The translations under genes were made by a program, and so were the position numbers. 64,000 nucleotides of DNA. It comes from Rhynchopus sp. YZ270_cl-10. Taxonomy: Eukaryota. The notes under the pieces were generated by a model. That model was not told where the DNA came from, did not search any database, and was given only the letters and a program-made list of their open reading frames with translations. Shown in pieces: positions 21,035 through 32,891 of this stretch. Numbering within the stretch: position 1 is the first letter of the stretch; each line of letters starts with the position of its first letter. The stretch covers positions 558,001-622,000 of the forward strand of contig OZ037843.1 of NCBI GenBank assembly GCA_964035575.1. Reading direction: 5' to 3'.

Positions 21035-23725
21035 TCATTGCGACAGTCTCGGCCTCTTGCGGTCTTCGTCTAGAGATTCGTCACGCTTTCGCTTCGGACG
21101 GTCCTCCACCACAAACTCGCTAAACTTCGCCTTCTTCACAGCTTTTAACAAATAATCACTGCATCCAGAGACGTACACGCTTTCCAACCTTCGCAACGGG
21201 CAGATGGTGCCACGTATCAAAGTAACTCTGCTGAGTGAAGACAAGTCCAGCGTTCTTAAGCTGCTGCATCCGTGTAGGAAATTGCTCTCAATGCGATCAA
21301 GACTGCTCAGTGGTGACAAGTCCAGAATTGTTAAACTGATGCATGCGTTGAGGAAATTGTCATAAATCCGCACAACATTGCTGAGTGAACTCAAGTCGAT
21401 CGTTGTTAACCCACTGCATCCGTTCAGGAAATTGTTCCCAAACACCTTAAGACTGCTGAGTGAAGACAAGTCCAGCGCTGTTAACCTAGTGCATCCGTTG
21501 AGAAAGAAGTCCCCAGTCCGCGTCAGACTGCTGAGCGACATGTTGAGCGTTGTTAAGCTGGTGCATTCGTCCAGGAAGAAGTCTCCGACCTGCGTAAGAC
21601 TGCTGAGCGGCGACAAGTCCAGTGTTGTTAACCCACTGCACCCGCTTAGGAAATTGTCTGCAACTTGCGTAAGACTGCTGAATGGCGACAAGTCGATCGT
21701 TGCTAACTCACTGCATCCGTTCAGGAAATTGTTCTCAATCGACGCAAGACTGCTGAGCGAAGGCAAATCAAGTGTGGCTAAACTGCTGCATTCGTTGAGG
21801 AAATAACTCCCTACTTGCGTAAGACTGCTGAGAGAAGACAAATTCAGTGCTGTTAAATTACATCTGCTCAGGAAATATTCCCCAACCTGCGTAAGACTGT
21901 TGAGAGAAGACAAATCCAGCGTTGTTAAATTGTTGCATCTGCTGAGAAAATTGTCCCCTACTTGCGTAAGACTGCTGAGCGACGACAAGTCCAGTGTGGA
22001 TAACCTGCTGCATCCATTGATGCAATTGTCCCCAACCTGCGTAAGACTGCTGAGCGACGACAAGTCCAACGTTGTTAACCCACGGCAGTCGCTGAGGAAC
22101 TTGTCATCAACCTGCTTAAGACTGTTGAGTGAAGACAAGTCTAACGCTGCTAAGCTACCACAGCTGTAGAGGAAGTTGTCCCCCACTTGCGCAAGACTCC
22201 TTAGTGAAGACAGGTTCAACGTTGTTAAACCGTTGCATCTGCTGAGAAAGTAGTCCCCAACCTGCGTCAGACTGCTGAGCGACGACAAGTCCAACATTGT
22301 TAACCCACGGCAGTCGCTGAGGAACTTGTCCCCTACCTGCTTAAGACTGTTGAGTGAAGACAAGTCTAACGTTGTTAAGCTACTACATTTGTTGAGAAAG
22401 TTGTCCCCAACTTGCGTAAGACTGTGGAGCGAAGGCAAATCCAGTGTGGATAAATTGTCGCATCCGTTGAGGAAATAATTCCCAACCTGCGTAAGACTGC
22501 TGAGCGACGACAAGTCCAGTGTTGTTAAACTCCAGCATCCGCTGATAAAGTAGTCCCCAACCTGCGTCAGACTGCTGAGCGAGGGCAAATATAGTGTGGC
22601 TAAACTGCTGCATCCGCTGAGAAAACACTTCCCAACTTGGGTAAGACTGAGCGGCGACAAGTCCAGCGTTGTTAACGTTTGGCAGCCGCTGAGAAAGTAG
22701 TCCCCAACTTGCGTAACATTGCTGAGTGAAGACAAATCCAGCCTTGCTAATTTGTAGCAGTGCGTGAGGAAATAGTTACCGACCTGCGTAAGCCTGCTGA
22801 GAGAAGACAGATCCAGCGTGGCTAAATTATGGCACCTGTTGAGAAAGTAGTCCCCAACCTGCGTAAGACTGCTGAGCGACGACAAATCCAGTGCTGTTAA
22901 GCCGAATCCGTTGAGGAAATGGCTACCGACCTGCGTAAGACTGCTGAGAGAAGACAGATCCAGCGTTGTTAAACTACGACACTCCCAGAGGAAATAGTCC
23001 CCAACCTGCGTAAGACTTCTGAGCGAAGATAAATCCAGCGTTGTTAAACCGTTGCATCTGTTCAGGAAATAGTTCCCAACCTGCGTAAGACTACTGAGCG
23101 ACGACAAGTCCAGCGTTGTTAAACTCCAGCATCCGCTGAGAAAGTGGTCCCCAACTTGCGTCAGACTGCTGAACGAAGACAAATCGATAGCTGTTAAGTT
23201 GCAACTGTAGGAGAAATTGATGAAATAGTCGTCAATCCGCGTAACACTGCTGAATGAAGATAAGTCAATCGTTCTTAAGTTCCCACAACTGTGGAGAAAG
23301 TTGCTCCCTATGTGCGTGACAGCCGACCCAGCACTGAGAGCAAGTTGCGTCAACGAACCGTTGCAGTAGAAGAAACCACAGGATTTGGGAATGACAGTCA
23401 CAACCTCTGCCTGCAGAAACAAATTCACGACACGAAGATCTCCCAGCTTCTTGAACCTCTCTGGCGTCAGGTCTGTCTCACCCAACTCACGAAGCTCTGC
23501 AACAGCTTCGTACTTCTTTGTCTTCGTCAGCACAATCGTATCCCCAGCACTCAGCTGCGTCATATCCGCTCCTTCGCCCATCACTTCGTCTTTGAAAATC
23601 ATGTGGAATCTGTCTTCAGGCAACGCCACTGCAGACGCCACCTTCCGACGCATGTGCACAGTTGTGTCATCCACACCCACCTCGATCACGTACGTCCTGT
23701 CGGAGAAGGCCACGTTCAGCTCCAT
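21035..23725 (-). CDS. Leucine-rich-repeat protein (26-aa BspA/TpLRR-like repeats) with N-terminal ubiquitin-like domain and C-terminal bipartite NLS-like motif
   Basis: 896 aa; more than 25 repeats of LTTLDLSSLSSLTQVGDYFL..C; the first ~70 aa have a beta-grasp-like pattern (inference); C-terminus RPKRKR...RKRPR. Confidence 0.9.
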   Translation of the reverse strand: MELNVAFSDRTYVIEVGVDDTTVHMRRKVASAVALPEDRFHMIFKDEVMGEGADMTQLSAGDTIVLTKTKKYEAVAELRELGETDLTPERFKKLGDLRVVNLFLQAEVVTVIPKSCGFFYCNGSLTQLALSAGSAVTHIGSNFLHSCGNLRTIDLSSFSSVTRIDDYFINFSYSCNLTAIDLSSFSSLTQVGDHFLSGCWSLTTLDLSSLSSLTQVGNYFLNRCNGLTTLDLSSLRSLTQVGDYFLWECRSLTTLDLSSLSSLTQVGSHFLNGFGLTALDLSSLSSLTQVGDYFLNRCHNLATLDLSSLSRLTQVGNYFLTHCYKLARLDLSSLSNVTQVGDYFLSGCQTLTTLDLSPLSLTQVGKCFLSGCSSLATLYLPSLSSLTQVGDYFISGCWSLTTLDLSSLSSLTQVGNYFLNGCDNLSTLDLPSLHSLTQVGDNFLNKCSSLTTLDLSSLNSLKQVGDKFLSDCRGLTMLDLSSLSSLTQVGDYFLSRCNGLTTLNLSSLRSLAQVGDNFLYSCGSLAALDLSSLNSLKQVDDKFLSDCRGLTTLDLSSLSSLTQVGDNCINGCSRLSTLDLSSLSSLTQVGDNFLSRCNNLTTLDLSSLNSLTQVGEYFLSRCNLTALNLSSLSSLTQVGSYFLNECSSLATLDLPSLSSLASIENNFLNGCSELATIDLSPFSSLTQVADNFLSGCSGLTTLDLSPLSSLTQVGDFFLDECTSLTTLNMSLSSLTRTGDFFLNGCTRLTALDLSSLSSLKVFGNNFLNGCSGLTTIDLSSLSNVVRIYDNFLNACISLTILDLSPLSSLDRIESNFLHGCSSLRTLDLSSLSRVTLIRGTICPLRRLESVYVSGCSDYLLKAVKKAKFSEFVVEDRPKRKRDESLDEDRKRPRLSQ

Positions 23726-24084
23726 GTCTGCGTTGCTGTGTGTCTTTTCTTTTTTTTTACTGCTGTGGTTGTGGTGTTGGGGACTATGGGGGAAGAGGCG
23801 TCTGCCGTCACCTCATTTACTTCTCTTCTAAGTCAGAAGCCCGGAGGGGGGCTTCCTGACATTTTTTCTGTTGAAACAACCGAACTCGCAGTCCATTTTT
23901 AGGGATTTTTTTTTCCACTACGTTTTTTTTCCCGCACGAAAAAATGCCTTTTTTTTTTGGCATGTTTCAACCAATACAAACCCGTGGTGACCTCTCTCAG
24001 TCAAATTTGTGATCATTTTCTCTTTGTCGTTGTCTGACAGAAACCGAGAACAATAAATAACATACACCCCCCCTAGCGGTCTCC

Positions 24085-24471
24085 GTGGTTCCACGGGTTG
24101 TCCGTACCCCCTTTAAGAAAGACGCGAAGAAAGCCCCCGTTAAGAAAGCAGCGGTGAAGAAGCCGGCAGACAAGAGGTCAAAAAGTGAGACCCAACGACT
24201 CGCTACGCTGGCCACAAGCAAGGCACTGAAGGAGACAGCCAAAGACAGCAGAAGCAGACGCCCGCAAAACCAGCGCGTCCGAGAGAGTGTGGCAACTTGC
24301 ACAGCTCAAGGAGTTTTAAAGAAAACCATCAACGATGGTGGAAGTTTTAAAAGTGGGGGATTTGGCTTTTGAACACCGGAAGCTGGAGCTGGAGAACAGA
24401 AAAATTGTGTCGGACGAGGAGATCTACTGCAAAGCATACAACAGGTTCATTAAGCATGGAGTGCTTAAGTA
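24085..24471 (+). pseudogene. Possible Lys/Ala-rich gene remnant (frameshifted, no ATG)
   Basis: KKDAKKAPVKKAAVKKPADK, followed by a coding-like stretch in another frame (EHRKLELENRKIVSDEEIYCKAYNRF). Confidence 0.25.
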
Positions 24472-24831
24472 GACTTCGTGGAATGGGGACTAGCATAGAG
24501 AAAGCAGCGTGCTTAAGAGTCATCTGACGGGCCCAAAGCACAAAAGCACCCCTGAATCACACCAAAAGTGTCTGAAATGGTATAAAAAAAATGGGGGGGG
24601 GGAAAGGGGGGAAGGGAGTTCTGTCGTTCTTTCTTTTTTGAGTAAGGGCATTGTGTGAGGCGTGGCTGATACAGATACTATTATTTCTTTTATGATAAAG
24701 AAAGCATGTCAACATATGCACTCAATAAATTGAGAGCATAAGAAGAGGAATCAAAAAAATGTTACCAACGTTGAGAAAGGAAGGAAGAACTGGCATCAGA
24801 GTCTTTTGAATCGAATACAAATTATTACTAC

Positions 24832-24939
24832 CCACCTGATTTTTACCCCGCGTAAAGGCGCATATCGACCCGTATAGGCCAAACCCCACCCATTTTGCCC
24901 AGCCTTTACGCGCCTATACGAGGGGTAAAAATCAGGTGG
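24832..24939. mobile_element. 108-bp MITE, 18-bp TIR CCACCTGATTTTTACCCC, flanked by a direct repeat TACTAC
   Basis: TACTAC|CCACCTGATTTTTACCCC...GGGGTAAAAATCAGGTGG|TACTAC; looser relatives at ~33652 and ~37420. Confidence 0.7.
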
Positions 24940-26543
24940 TACTACCTACAAAGCGTAGCTTAAAAGGAGAAATAGTTTCCTCAGATACGGTCGCCAATCA
25001 CCCCCCCTCCAACAGGGGTAATTGTGCGATCAAACGAAAAAAACCGTTCCTTTTACTTATCAGAGTTACTATTTTTTTGTGTTCGCAATCTGCGAACATT
25101 TTTTTTTTCGCGATCGCGGGTTTCATGGCGCGTGATCGCCATGTCATAACGTGGACTTTATGTGCCACCACCTCACACAACAGACTACAATCAAGGTAGA
25201 GTTGAAATACAAAGCCCTCTCGTGAACAGTGTACCTTCAAAACAGGAAAAGGGGGGGGGGAAAAGGGGGTGTGACGAGATGAACGTACCTTACTGTGCAC
25301 ATACATCATTTTAAACAGGGGAAAAAAATAATCAGTGGATAGTGTACTCACAGAGGTGAGGGGTAAGAACGAAGCAAGAATACGGTAAATGTCATTACTG
25401 ACAAAGCTAGACACACAGTGACCATATAAAACCCCGGATAACATCGCCATTTTCCTTACTTAACATTGCTTTTAAAAAAAAACCAGTAACACGCTAAGCA
25501 ACACGCTTTTTGGCCTGAAATGCGTGTAAAAACCAGGGGTGGCTCTAAGTTGAGCCAAAAACCCCGATTTTGGCCGAGGTGCCAATGACTTTTTTCTGTA
25601 CAAATGCCACACGTAAAAAACCCCCGGAAACCCATTCCGAGCTTTCCGGTCGGTACGTTGGCGGGGCATCTCCCCGCATATTTTCAAAACCCATTCCGAG
25701 CTTTCCGGTCGGTGCGTTGGCGGGGCATCTCCCCTCATATTTTTGAGAGGGGTTTTTCGGGGGTGGGGGTTGAAGAAGGGGAAAAATGAGTCAAATAGGA
25801 GAAGGGGCGGTTGTGAACTATCCCGTCCCCAGGCCTCTCCGGGTGGGTCGGGGTGTGCAAGCAAAGTTAAAGCAAAGGGGTGGGGGTGAGGAAAAGAAAA
25901 GTATGGTCAAAAGTGACGTAAGGACACCACTAAGCGGTGCACAGAAAGGGAAGATGCCCTTGCGTATGAACTAGGGAGGGAGGGGATGGGAAACCAAGAC
26001 TAATTAACGCAAATACGAAACAGAACTGATTCCTGGCGAAGCCACGGTACGCAACATTTCTAAAAAAATGTTGACATCAAATGGCACTGTCGTTGGTCAT
26101 TATCGTCAGTTCCCGTAAATGTTACTTCCATATTTTGCTGAACGAAAGTTTTGGCGAAGCCACGGTACGCAACATTTCAAAATATTGTGCTTAAAATTGC
26201 ACATTTTACAGCCAAACTATGTCATGGGTGGCTTGCAATCTTGCGCCGCAGGCGCACGGTACGCTACTTTTTTCCTTTCGCCATGCTGCATGCTTCCTTT
26301 TCCTTCGGCGTTTGACCAATTGGGTCGCGTTCTGGCTGTGACGGGGTCACTTTGTTCATGAGGCCAGTTCTGGTCACTCTTAGAGGCCCGCCCATGTGGC
26401 AAAAGTCCAGAAAAAATATTTTGCCTGTGGCATTTGTACAGAAAAAATATTTTTTTTACGTGTGGCATTTGTACAGAAAAAAAGTGTGTTTTCGGAGGGG
26501 TGCCATGGGCCCATGGATTTAGAAAAGGCCCTGGTAAAAACAT

Positions 26544-26579
<36 letters not shown>

Positions 26580-26606
26580 CTGTGCTACAACATGCATTTC
26601 AAAGTA

Positions 26607-26744
26607 CCGTATTCGTACAAAATTATCGACCATAAAAAAAAGGGTCAAACTTCCAGAAAAATTCTGAAAAGGTCGAACATTTTTACGGTCAAACATAGTT
26701 ATGTCGAACACATTTAGTACGGTCGATAATTTATATGAATACGG
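26607..26744. mobile_element. CCGTA-terminal MITE (relative of 5576-5675)
   Basis: TA|CCGTATTCGTAC...TATGAATACGG|TG. Confidence 0.65.
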
Positions 26745-27532
26745 TGTTAAGTATTTCAAAGTCACATGCACAAAAGAATACTATTTAGAAATGTTACCCA
26801 GGGGATACATGGTCACTGTGCAGGTGATACGAAGGGCGGGAGGGAGGGGAGGATGGCAAGTGGCAGCAAACACCCGATGAGTTATGAGAAACGGGGTGGC
26901 GTTTTATCGTTACTGAATAACCGGCACATCGCCTGAGCACCACGCCTTCCCTGTTAGTGGGTGGACCATCCAACCCTTAGACAATTCTGCGTGTCTAAGG
27001 TCTGTATTCCTCCCCCGTCGGCTGAAGCCTTTTGTACCAGGCCTTTTGCTAACTTTGGGATTTTCCCCCTGAATGGCATGATGGTCAAAAAAAAAATAAT
27101 TTCCTGGAAAAAAAGTACATTCCGAGCTTTCCCACCTGGTAAAAGCGGTCGTCGCGCGCTTCGCGCGCGCCTCCCTGCCAGCCACAGGGTGGAGAGGCGA
27201 AGGGTCAGTTTTGCAAGATCACAAAAACGGAATCTAATCCTTTATTAACGGTGCTTGGTCTTGCGCCTTACGTACACTAACCGTACAAAATCAATACGTC
27301 TGCCAGAAGCAGGGGCTGTTGCAACAGTTGGGTCACTTTGAAATAACAATGGTCAAATTTTTGCAGCTTGGGTCAAGTTTCATTTCTGGCTGCAAAATGC
27401 AAGGGAATCCCCTTAGACATTGTAAAATGGCACCGCAGGCAGGAAGAAAATAGCGTACAGCGCGAGCGAAGCGAGCGGGAATTTTTTTTGAGGTATACCT
27501 CCGCGAGCGCAGCGAGCAGAAAATTTTTAGGG

Positions 27533-27923
27533 TGCCATCACGCCATCATGCCATCATGCCATCATGCCATCATGCCATCATGCCATCATGCCATCATGCC
27601 ATCATGCCATCATGCCATCATGCCATCATGCCATCATGCCATCATGCCATCATGCCATCATGCCATCATGCCATCATGCCATCATGCCATCATGCCATCA
27701 TGCCATCATGCCATCATGCCATCATGCCATCATGCCATCATGCCATCATGCCATCATGCCATCATGCCATCATGCCATCATGCCATCATGCCATCATGCC
27801 ATCATGCCATCATGCCATCATGCCATCATGCCATCATGCCATCATGCCATCATGCCATCATGCCATCATGCCATCATGCCATCATGCCATCATGCCATCA
27901 TGCCATCATGCCATCATGCCATC
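27533..27923. repeat. (TGCCATCA)n 8-bp microsatellite, ~49 copies
   Basis: Near-perfect tandem run; inverted copies GGCATGATGG at ~27977-28045. Confidence 0.97.
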
Positions 27924-28806
27924 TGGGGGGAAATCCCCAGGTGATGGAGAGCGAAAGCCCTGCCCCACCACCCCGTGGCATGATGGTGGCATGATGGAAA
28001 AAAAAAATAAAAAACGCCCAAAAACGTGGCATGATGGCATGATGGTTAGCAAAAGGCCTGCTTTTGTACTACAAAAAAAAAAAAAATGGCCTCTCGTTGC
28101 CAACCGAGCATATTTTTTTTTCGGATTTTTCTGACCATTTCAAAGGGTAGGGTATAACTAACTATTTCTGGTGTGGCTGAAGGGGGGGTGATTCGCACTT
28201 TTCCGCACTTTTTGCGTCCCCCCATTCAGCTACACCAACTTCCCCTTTTTTATTATTTTTGTTTTTTTGAAAACTTGGTTGTATTAGTGTAGACACCCGA
28301 GGATGAACTCCACTATAATTTTTTTGTTGCCGGCCACTTGTGAACCTTCCTTCCCTCCCTCAAGACGCCAATGAGCAGAATAGCCTATAGCATACACAGT
28401 ACCCCAAAATATTGACGTCCAAAAAAACAAAAGTTGTCAGAATACTCTAAATCCGCCAAACTTATTTTGGACGACAAAAAAAAAACTTTTTTTTTGTAGT
28501 ACTGCAGTGGTTAGGTGTTTCTCTACACTGCGAAAGGCTGTGGAACGTGACACCACCCCCACCCTCCCTCTTCAGACTAAACTGAGCAATGAGAACGGCA
28601 TCACGCTGGACCACTATTTTGCTATCGCGAGGCAAAAAAAAAACCCCCCCCCCCCCCCCCCCTCCCCGAGATACTTCGTTGGGCGATCTCTACCCGTCTC
28701 TCTCGAAAAAGAAAAAAAGAAAAAAAGAAAAAGCTAGTCGCTCCGTATCGTAGAGCAAGAAGAACAATGATGACTACTTGATGTTCATTACAATATTTGG
28801 ATATAG

Positions 28807-28914
28807 CCTCATCCGGAAAACCCCAGCCCAGAATCATCTACTCGCATCTACCCAGAATCATCTAATAAAAACGCTAAATAGATGATTCTGGGCTGGGGGG
28901 GTTTCCGGACGAGG
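28807..28914. mobile_element. Short palindromic MITE-like element
   Basis: CCTCATCCGGAAAACCCCAGCCCAGAATCATCTA ... TAGATGATTCTGGGCTGGGGGGGTTTCCGGACGAGG. Confidence 0.6.
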
Positions 28915-30165
28915 TATGGGGAGGTTATGGGGTGCTTATATATGGCGGGTTGTGTGAACACCATTGCTCGAAGGATAGACGGAACTTCATTAGCACCATT
29001 TATCATGAAAACAAAAAAGAGAAAAATGTAACTTACAATACAAAAAAAAACCCCCTCTCTTGACAGCACAGCGGGACTAGTCAGGGGATTATTTTATTTT
29101 ATTTTTGATCAAATAGAAGTGAAATTCTATTATTTCAGGCACGATGTCACACAAAAAAACGCTGGAAAAAAAAAGAAAAGCGGGACTAGTCAGGGGGGTA
29201 ATCTTGAGAACACTGAAAAAGAAAGGGTGGTTGCGAAAGCATAAACCAGTCAATGAGCGTACTCAACAGGATGCAAGCACAAAAAAACACACCCTACGGT
29301 TGACACCAGAAGATGTAAAAATAAAAGAGAGAAAAGTTTATAAAAAAAAAAATGCATTTTGTGCACAAATCCATCTCATTTTACCTGAAATTTTGGTGGT
29401 GTTGAAAGTAGTGTTAATACCTAACTCCACTAAATCCACCAAATTGGCAAAAGTAGGGTCGCACATCTTTCAAAAAACAAAAAAAAAACCCCCCACACGA
29501 GATGGACGGGGGGAAAGAAGAGAACTTTGAAAGAACAAACCACCGTACTATGTGACACAGGGTTTATTTGATTCCTAATGTCTAACTTTCAGCTAGGCAG
29601 ACAACGTCCTTGCGCCTGTTAGATCAGACAAAATAAAAAAAAAATTCCTTGAAACTACCCTCTCCCCTTTGAACAGCGTCACCTCTTTGGTTCACGACGG
29701 GAGCACCGTGGGGTGGGCCACTACCATGCACAGTACTACATACAGTTCCTTAACACTCAGTGTTAAGGTTTTTAAGGTTGCTTCACCGTCTAAGGCCCCC
29801 ACACCTCTTATTTCGCAGCTATGATGAACCCTCCTCCTCCTCCTCCTCCTGATTCTTCTCATCTAAAACAAAGAAGAAGTTGATGTGGCTGAAGGGGTGC
29901 TATTTTTTTTTTTTTTTTTTTTTTTTACTGGTTTTCTTCCTTGCTTTCATATTTTTTGTTTTCTTTATCTATGTGGATCCCCCCCAGTGAACCGTTTGGG
30001 ACCCCGCTCGCTATTTTTTTTTTTTTTTTGTGCTATTTTTGTGGTATTTTCTGCTATTTTCTGCTATTCTGGGCTTCTGTATTTTTTTTGGTGCATCTGA
30101 AGGGAGGTGCTGCTATTTTTTTTTCTGCTATTTTTTTTAGGGTCATCAAGGCCACACAAAAAAAG

Positions 30166-30567
30166 TTATATGTCGTGCGAAGGAACCTTATTGACGGTGT
30201 TGCTGAGCGACCCTGGGCTGTCGCTTTGCATAGATTGCAGGGAGATGCTAGCCCAGGAGCTTCGGTGTGGCTCCGAGCTGCAGTCGACTGAGTCGTCTTC
30301 ACCACTCAGAAGCGCGAGCGTATCACTGCTGAGGTACGGTGCTGCCTGCACTGCGGGACACACCCTCGCCATCTGCTTCCCCAGCCCCGGTCCAGCCTTT
30401 GCGGCCTGTCCACTCTCCACCATGTGCACCCCCTTTGCAGCACCCTTCCCTTCCCGTATCTCAGAAGAAGCTGCTCCATCAATGAAGACGCAGAACCCAT
30501 CGGCTGGTGGAGCTGGCAGAGTTGCTCTAGGCGGAGAAAGCGGCTTGGGTTTATCGCTTGGGAGCAT
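30166..30567 (-). CDS. Putative small protein or terminal exon of an unresolved spliced gene (Ser/Pro/Ala-rich, no recognisable domain)
   Basis: GC-richer open frame within AT-rich homopolymer DNA, on the same strand as the neighbouring genes and preceded by a polypyrimidine tract. Confidence 0.35.
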   Translation of the reverse strand: MLPSDKPKPLSPPRATLPAPPADGFCVFIDGAASSEIREGKGAAKGVHMVESGQAAKAGPGLGKQMARVCPAVQAAPYLSSDTLALLSGEDDSVDCSSEPHRSSWASISLQSMQSDSPGSLSNTVNKVPSHDI

Positions 30568-32859
30568 TGAAAAGGAAAAAAAAAAATGAGGAAATCCCCC
30601 TTGTGTGAACTCCAAAAGGAAAGAGTGTTGGCAAAGAGTAGTGAAGACCTTTCAAATACGGTAAAGGTTGCAAACAAATTACCAAAAAAAAAGGTAAAAT
30701 GTGAGTAAAGTAGAATATAGTATTGGCCTTAGTAAAAGTCAAGTGAAAAAGAAAAAAGAGAAATGCAAGAGTGTGTAAAGGTGTACACTACCCCCTCTCC
30801 CTCCCTCTTTGGGTTAGATACTGTGCAAAGGGAGGAAACTGCAGGAAAAACAAGGGGACTCAATTGAAAAGAAGGATAATTTTTGAAAAGAAAGTGTGTA
30901 GCGCAGGGGGGGAAAAAATTCTCGAAATAGGGAGAGCTAGGAAAGCGCTTGATGTTGCTTTTATGCAATATTTTTTTTTGTGTGTATTGTGTGTTATTCC
31001 TGAAGGGGGGGTGGAATGGATAGGGAGAGAGTAGGAAAATAGTGGGTTATTTGAGTTTTGAAGGAAACTCCGGTAATTTGTATAGCCGTGGCAAAATCAC
31101 TCCACCAACCAGGAGGCGGCCATGCACCACCACACAATGGATCGAGAAAAGAGCTCTCAATCTGTCAATCCGTACATCGGTATCTAAGTACCTTCTGCAA
31201 AGCGGAAGTAGGGGGGCACAGCAGAGAATAAGACTCGGGGACCTTGACCTTGACCTGGACCAAGACCAGGACCGGGGACCGGGGATCGGGGATCGGGGAT
31301 CGGGGACCCGGCTTATTCTCTGGGGGGTGGGGTGGGGTGTGAGGGGTGAGAGAGGAAAGGGGAAAATGTTTCTCTTTTTTTTTTTTTTGGAAAAAAAAAT
31401 CTTGGAAAAAATGGTATAATTTTGTATGCAAAATGTCCATTTTCCTTGCTTTTTTTTTTGGTTTTATTTTGTTTTGTTTGGTTTGGTTCCTAAAAGGTTT
31501 CCTTTTTAAATTATTCTGTTTGTTTGTTTGTTTGTTTTTTGTTGTTGTATTTCAACAATTCCCTAAGAACCCACCTTGGTGAGCACCTAAGGATTTGTAC
31601 GCAATCTTGGTTGTTCTATTTATTTTTTTTGAAAAAATAATTTTTTTTTTTACCATTCCTTTTTAGGGAACGGAGCATGCACGGTCCTGGAAGCTCCAAG
31701 AAAAATGGAGTCGGCGGGCTTAATAGGAAGTTGCCTTTTCCTAAACGTACACAACTGGCAAAAAAAAAAAAATGGGGAGGTGTCGTTCACTCACCTATAT
31801 CATTGAAATACCATTGCTTACCAATGGTACACTCCAATACTGTTGCCCCGCGTTTTGTTGTTGTTGCCTTTTTTTGAAAAGAAGAAAAATAAATTTCCCA
31901 ATGTGTACGCGAGGATGCACTACTCCACTACGTGTTCTATTTACTGTTACTTTTTTTTTTTTTAATTTTGAAAACTTGGTTGTATTAGTGTAGCCACCCT
32001 AGAGTGTGCTCCACAAACACCAAACAGTTTGACGTCACCGCAGACAATAAAATTTTTTTGTTGTATCGATCAACACCGACCAACGCCTATGAACCCACTT
32101 GGGGTCAATAGAGCCTGTACTCAATGTTGGCCGTATTTTAAAAAGGTGGGAAAATGCTCTTTTTCTTTTTTCTTTTGTGTTCGAATTTTTTTGAATTTCT
32201 TGCAATAGGACTTTTCGCCCAATACAGGGCTGGAGGAGGAGGGAGGAGGACTTCTTTTGTTATAAGAGACCAACACGAAGATCGTTCTGTTGTTGTTTTG
32301 TCAACAAAATTACAGTTTTCTTGACCAAAATATTTAAAAAAAAAAAGCACACACACACACGCAAGGTGGACTACCAAAAAAGGGGTATGGAGAACTTATG
32401 GTTTTTTTTTTTTGGAATAAAATTTGCCCTGGATGAGATACTTAAAGAAGAAGCGGCTCGAATGGTGCTCCCGGGGGGTCGATATTGACAGACAGGAAAT
32501 CTTTTGAACTTGCGTCGTGATGAGGATCGATGATTGCAATTATTCTCCTTGAATGAGGAATGCCTAGTAGGCGCAAGTCATCAGTCGACCGATTTCCCAT
32601 AACACCATTGAAGGAATGAAGGTGGCTCTCGTGCTCTGTGTGCACACATTGTCAAAATGGTCATGTATAGTAGCCTTTCGATAGGATGTTCTTCACCACC
32701 TGGAAGATTGAGAGCAAAGCGAAGGTTTCCAAAAAAAAAAAATAAGGGGGAAAAAAGAAAGTGAAGTTGATAGTGCAAACGCCTCTGGGAAGCAGGCACT
32801 GACACTCCGCGGGTTATCGAACCCCAAAAGAACAGAAAGAAAGGGTAGTTGAAATGTGC

Positions 32860-32891
<32 letters not shown>

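Noticed and set aside
27368..28134. MPSCHHAI-repeat proteins
   Set aside because: Translation artefact of the 8-bp microsatellite.
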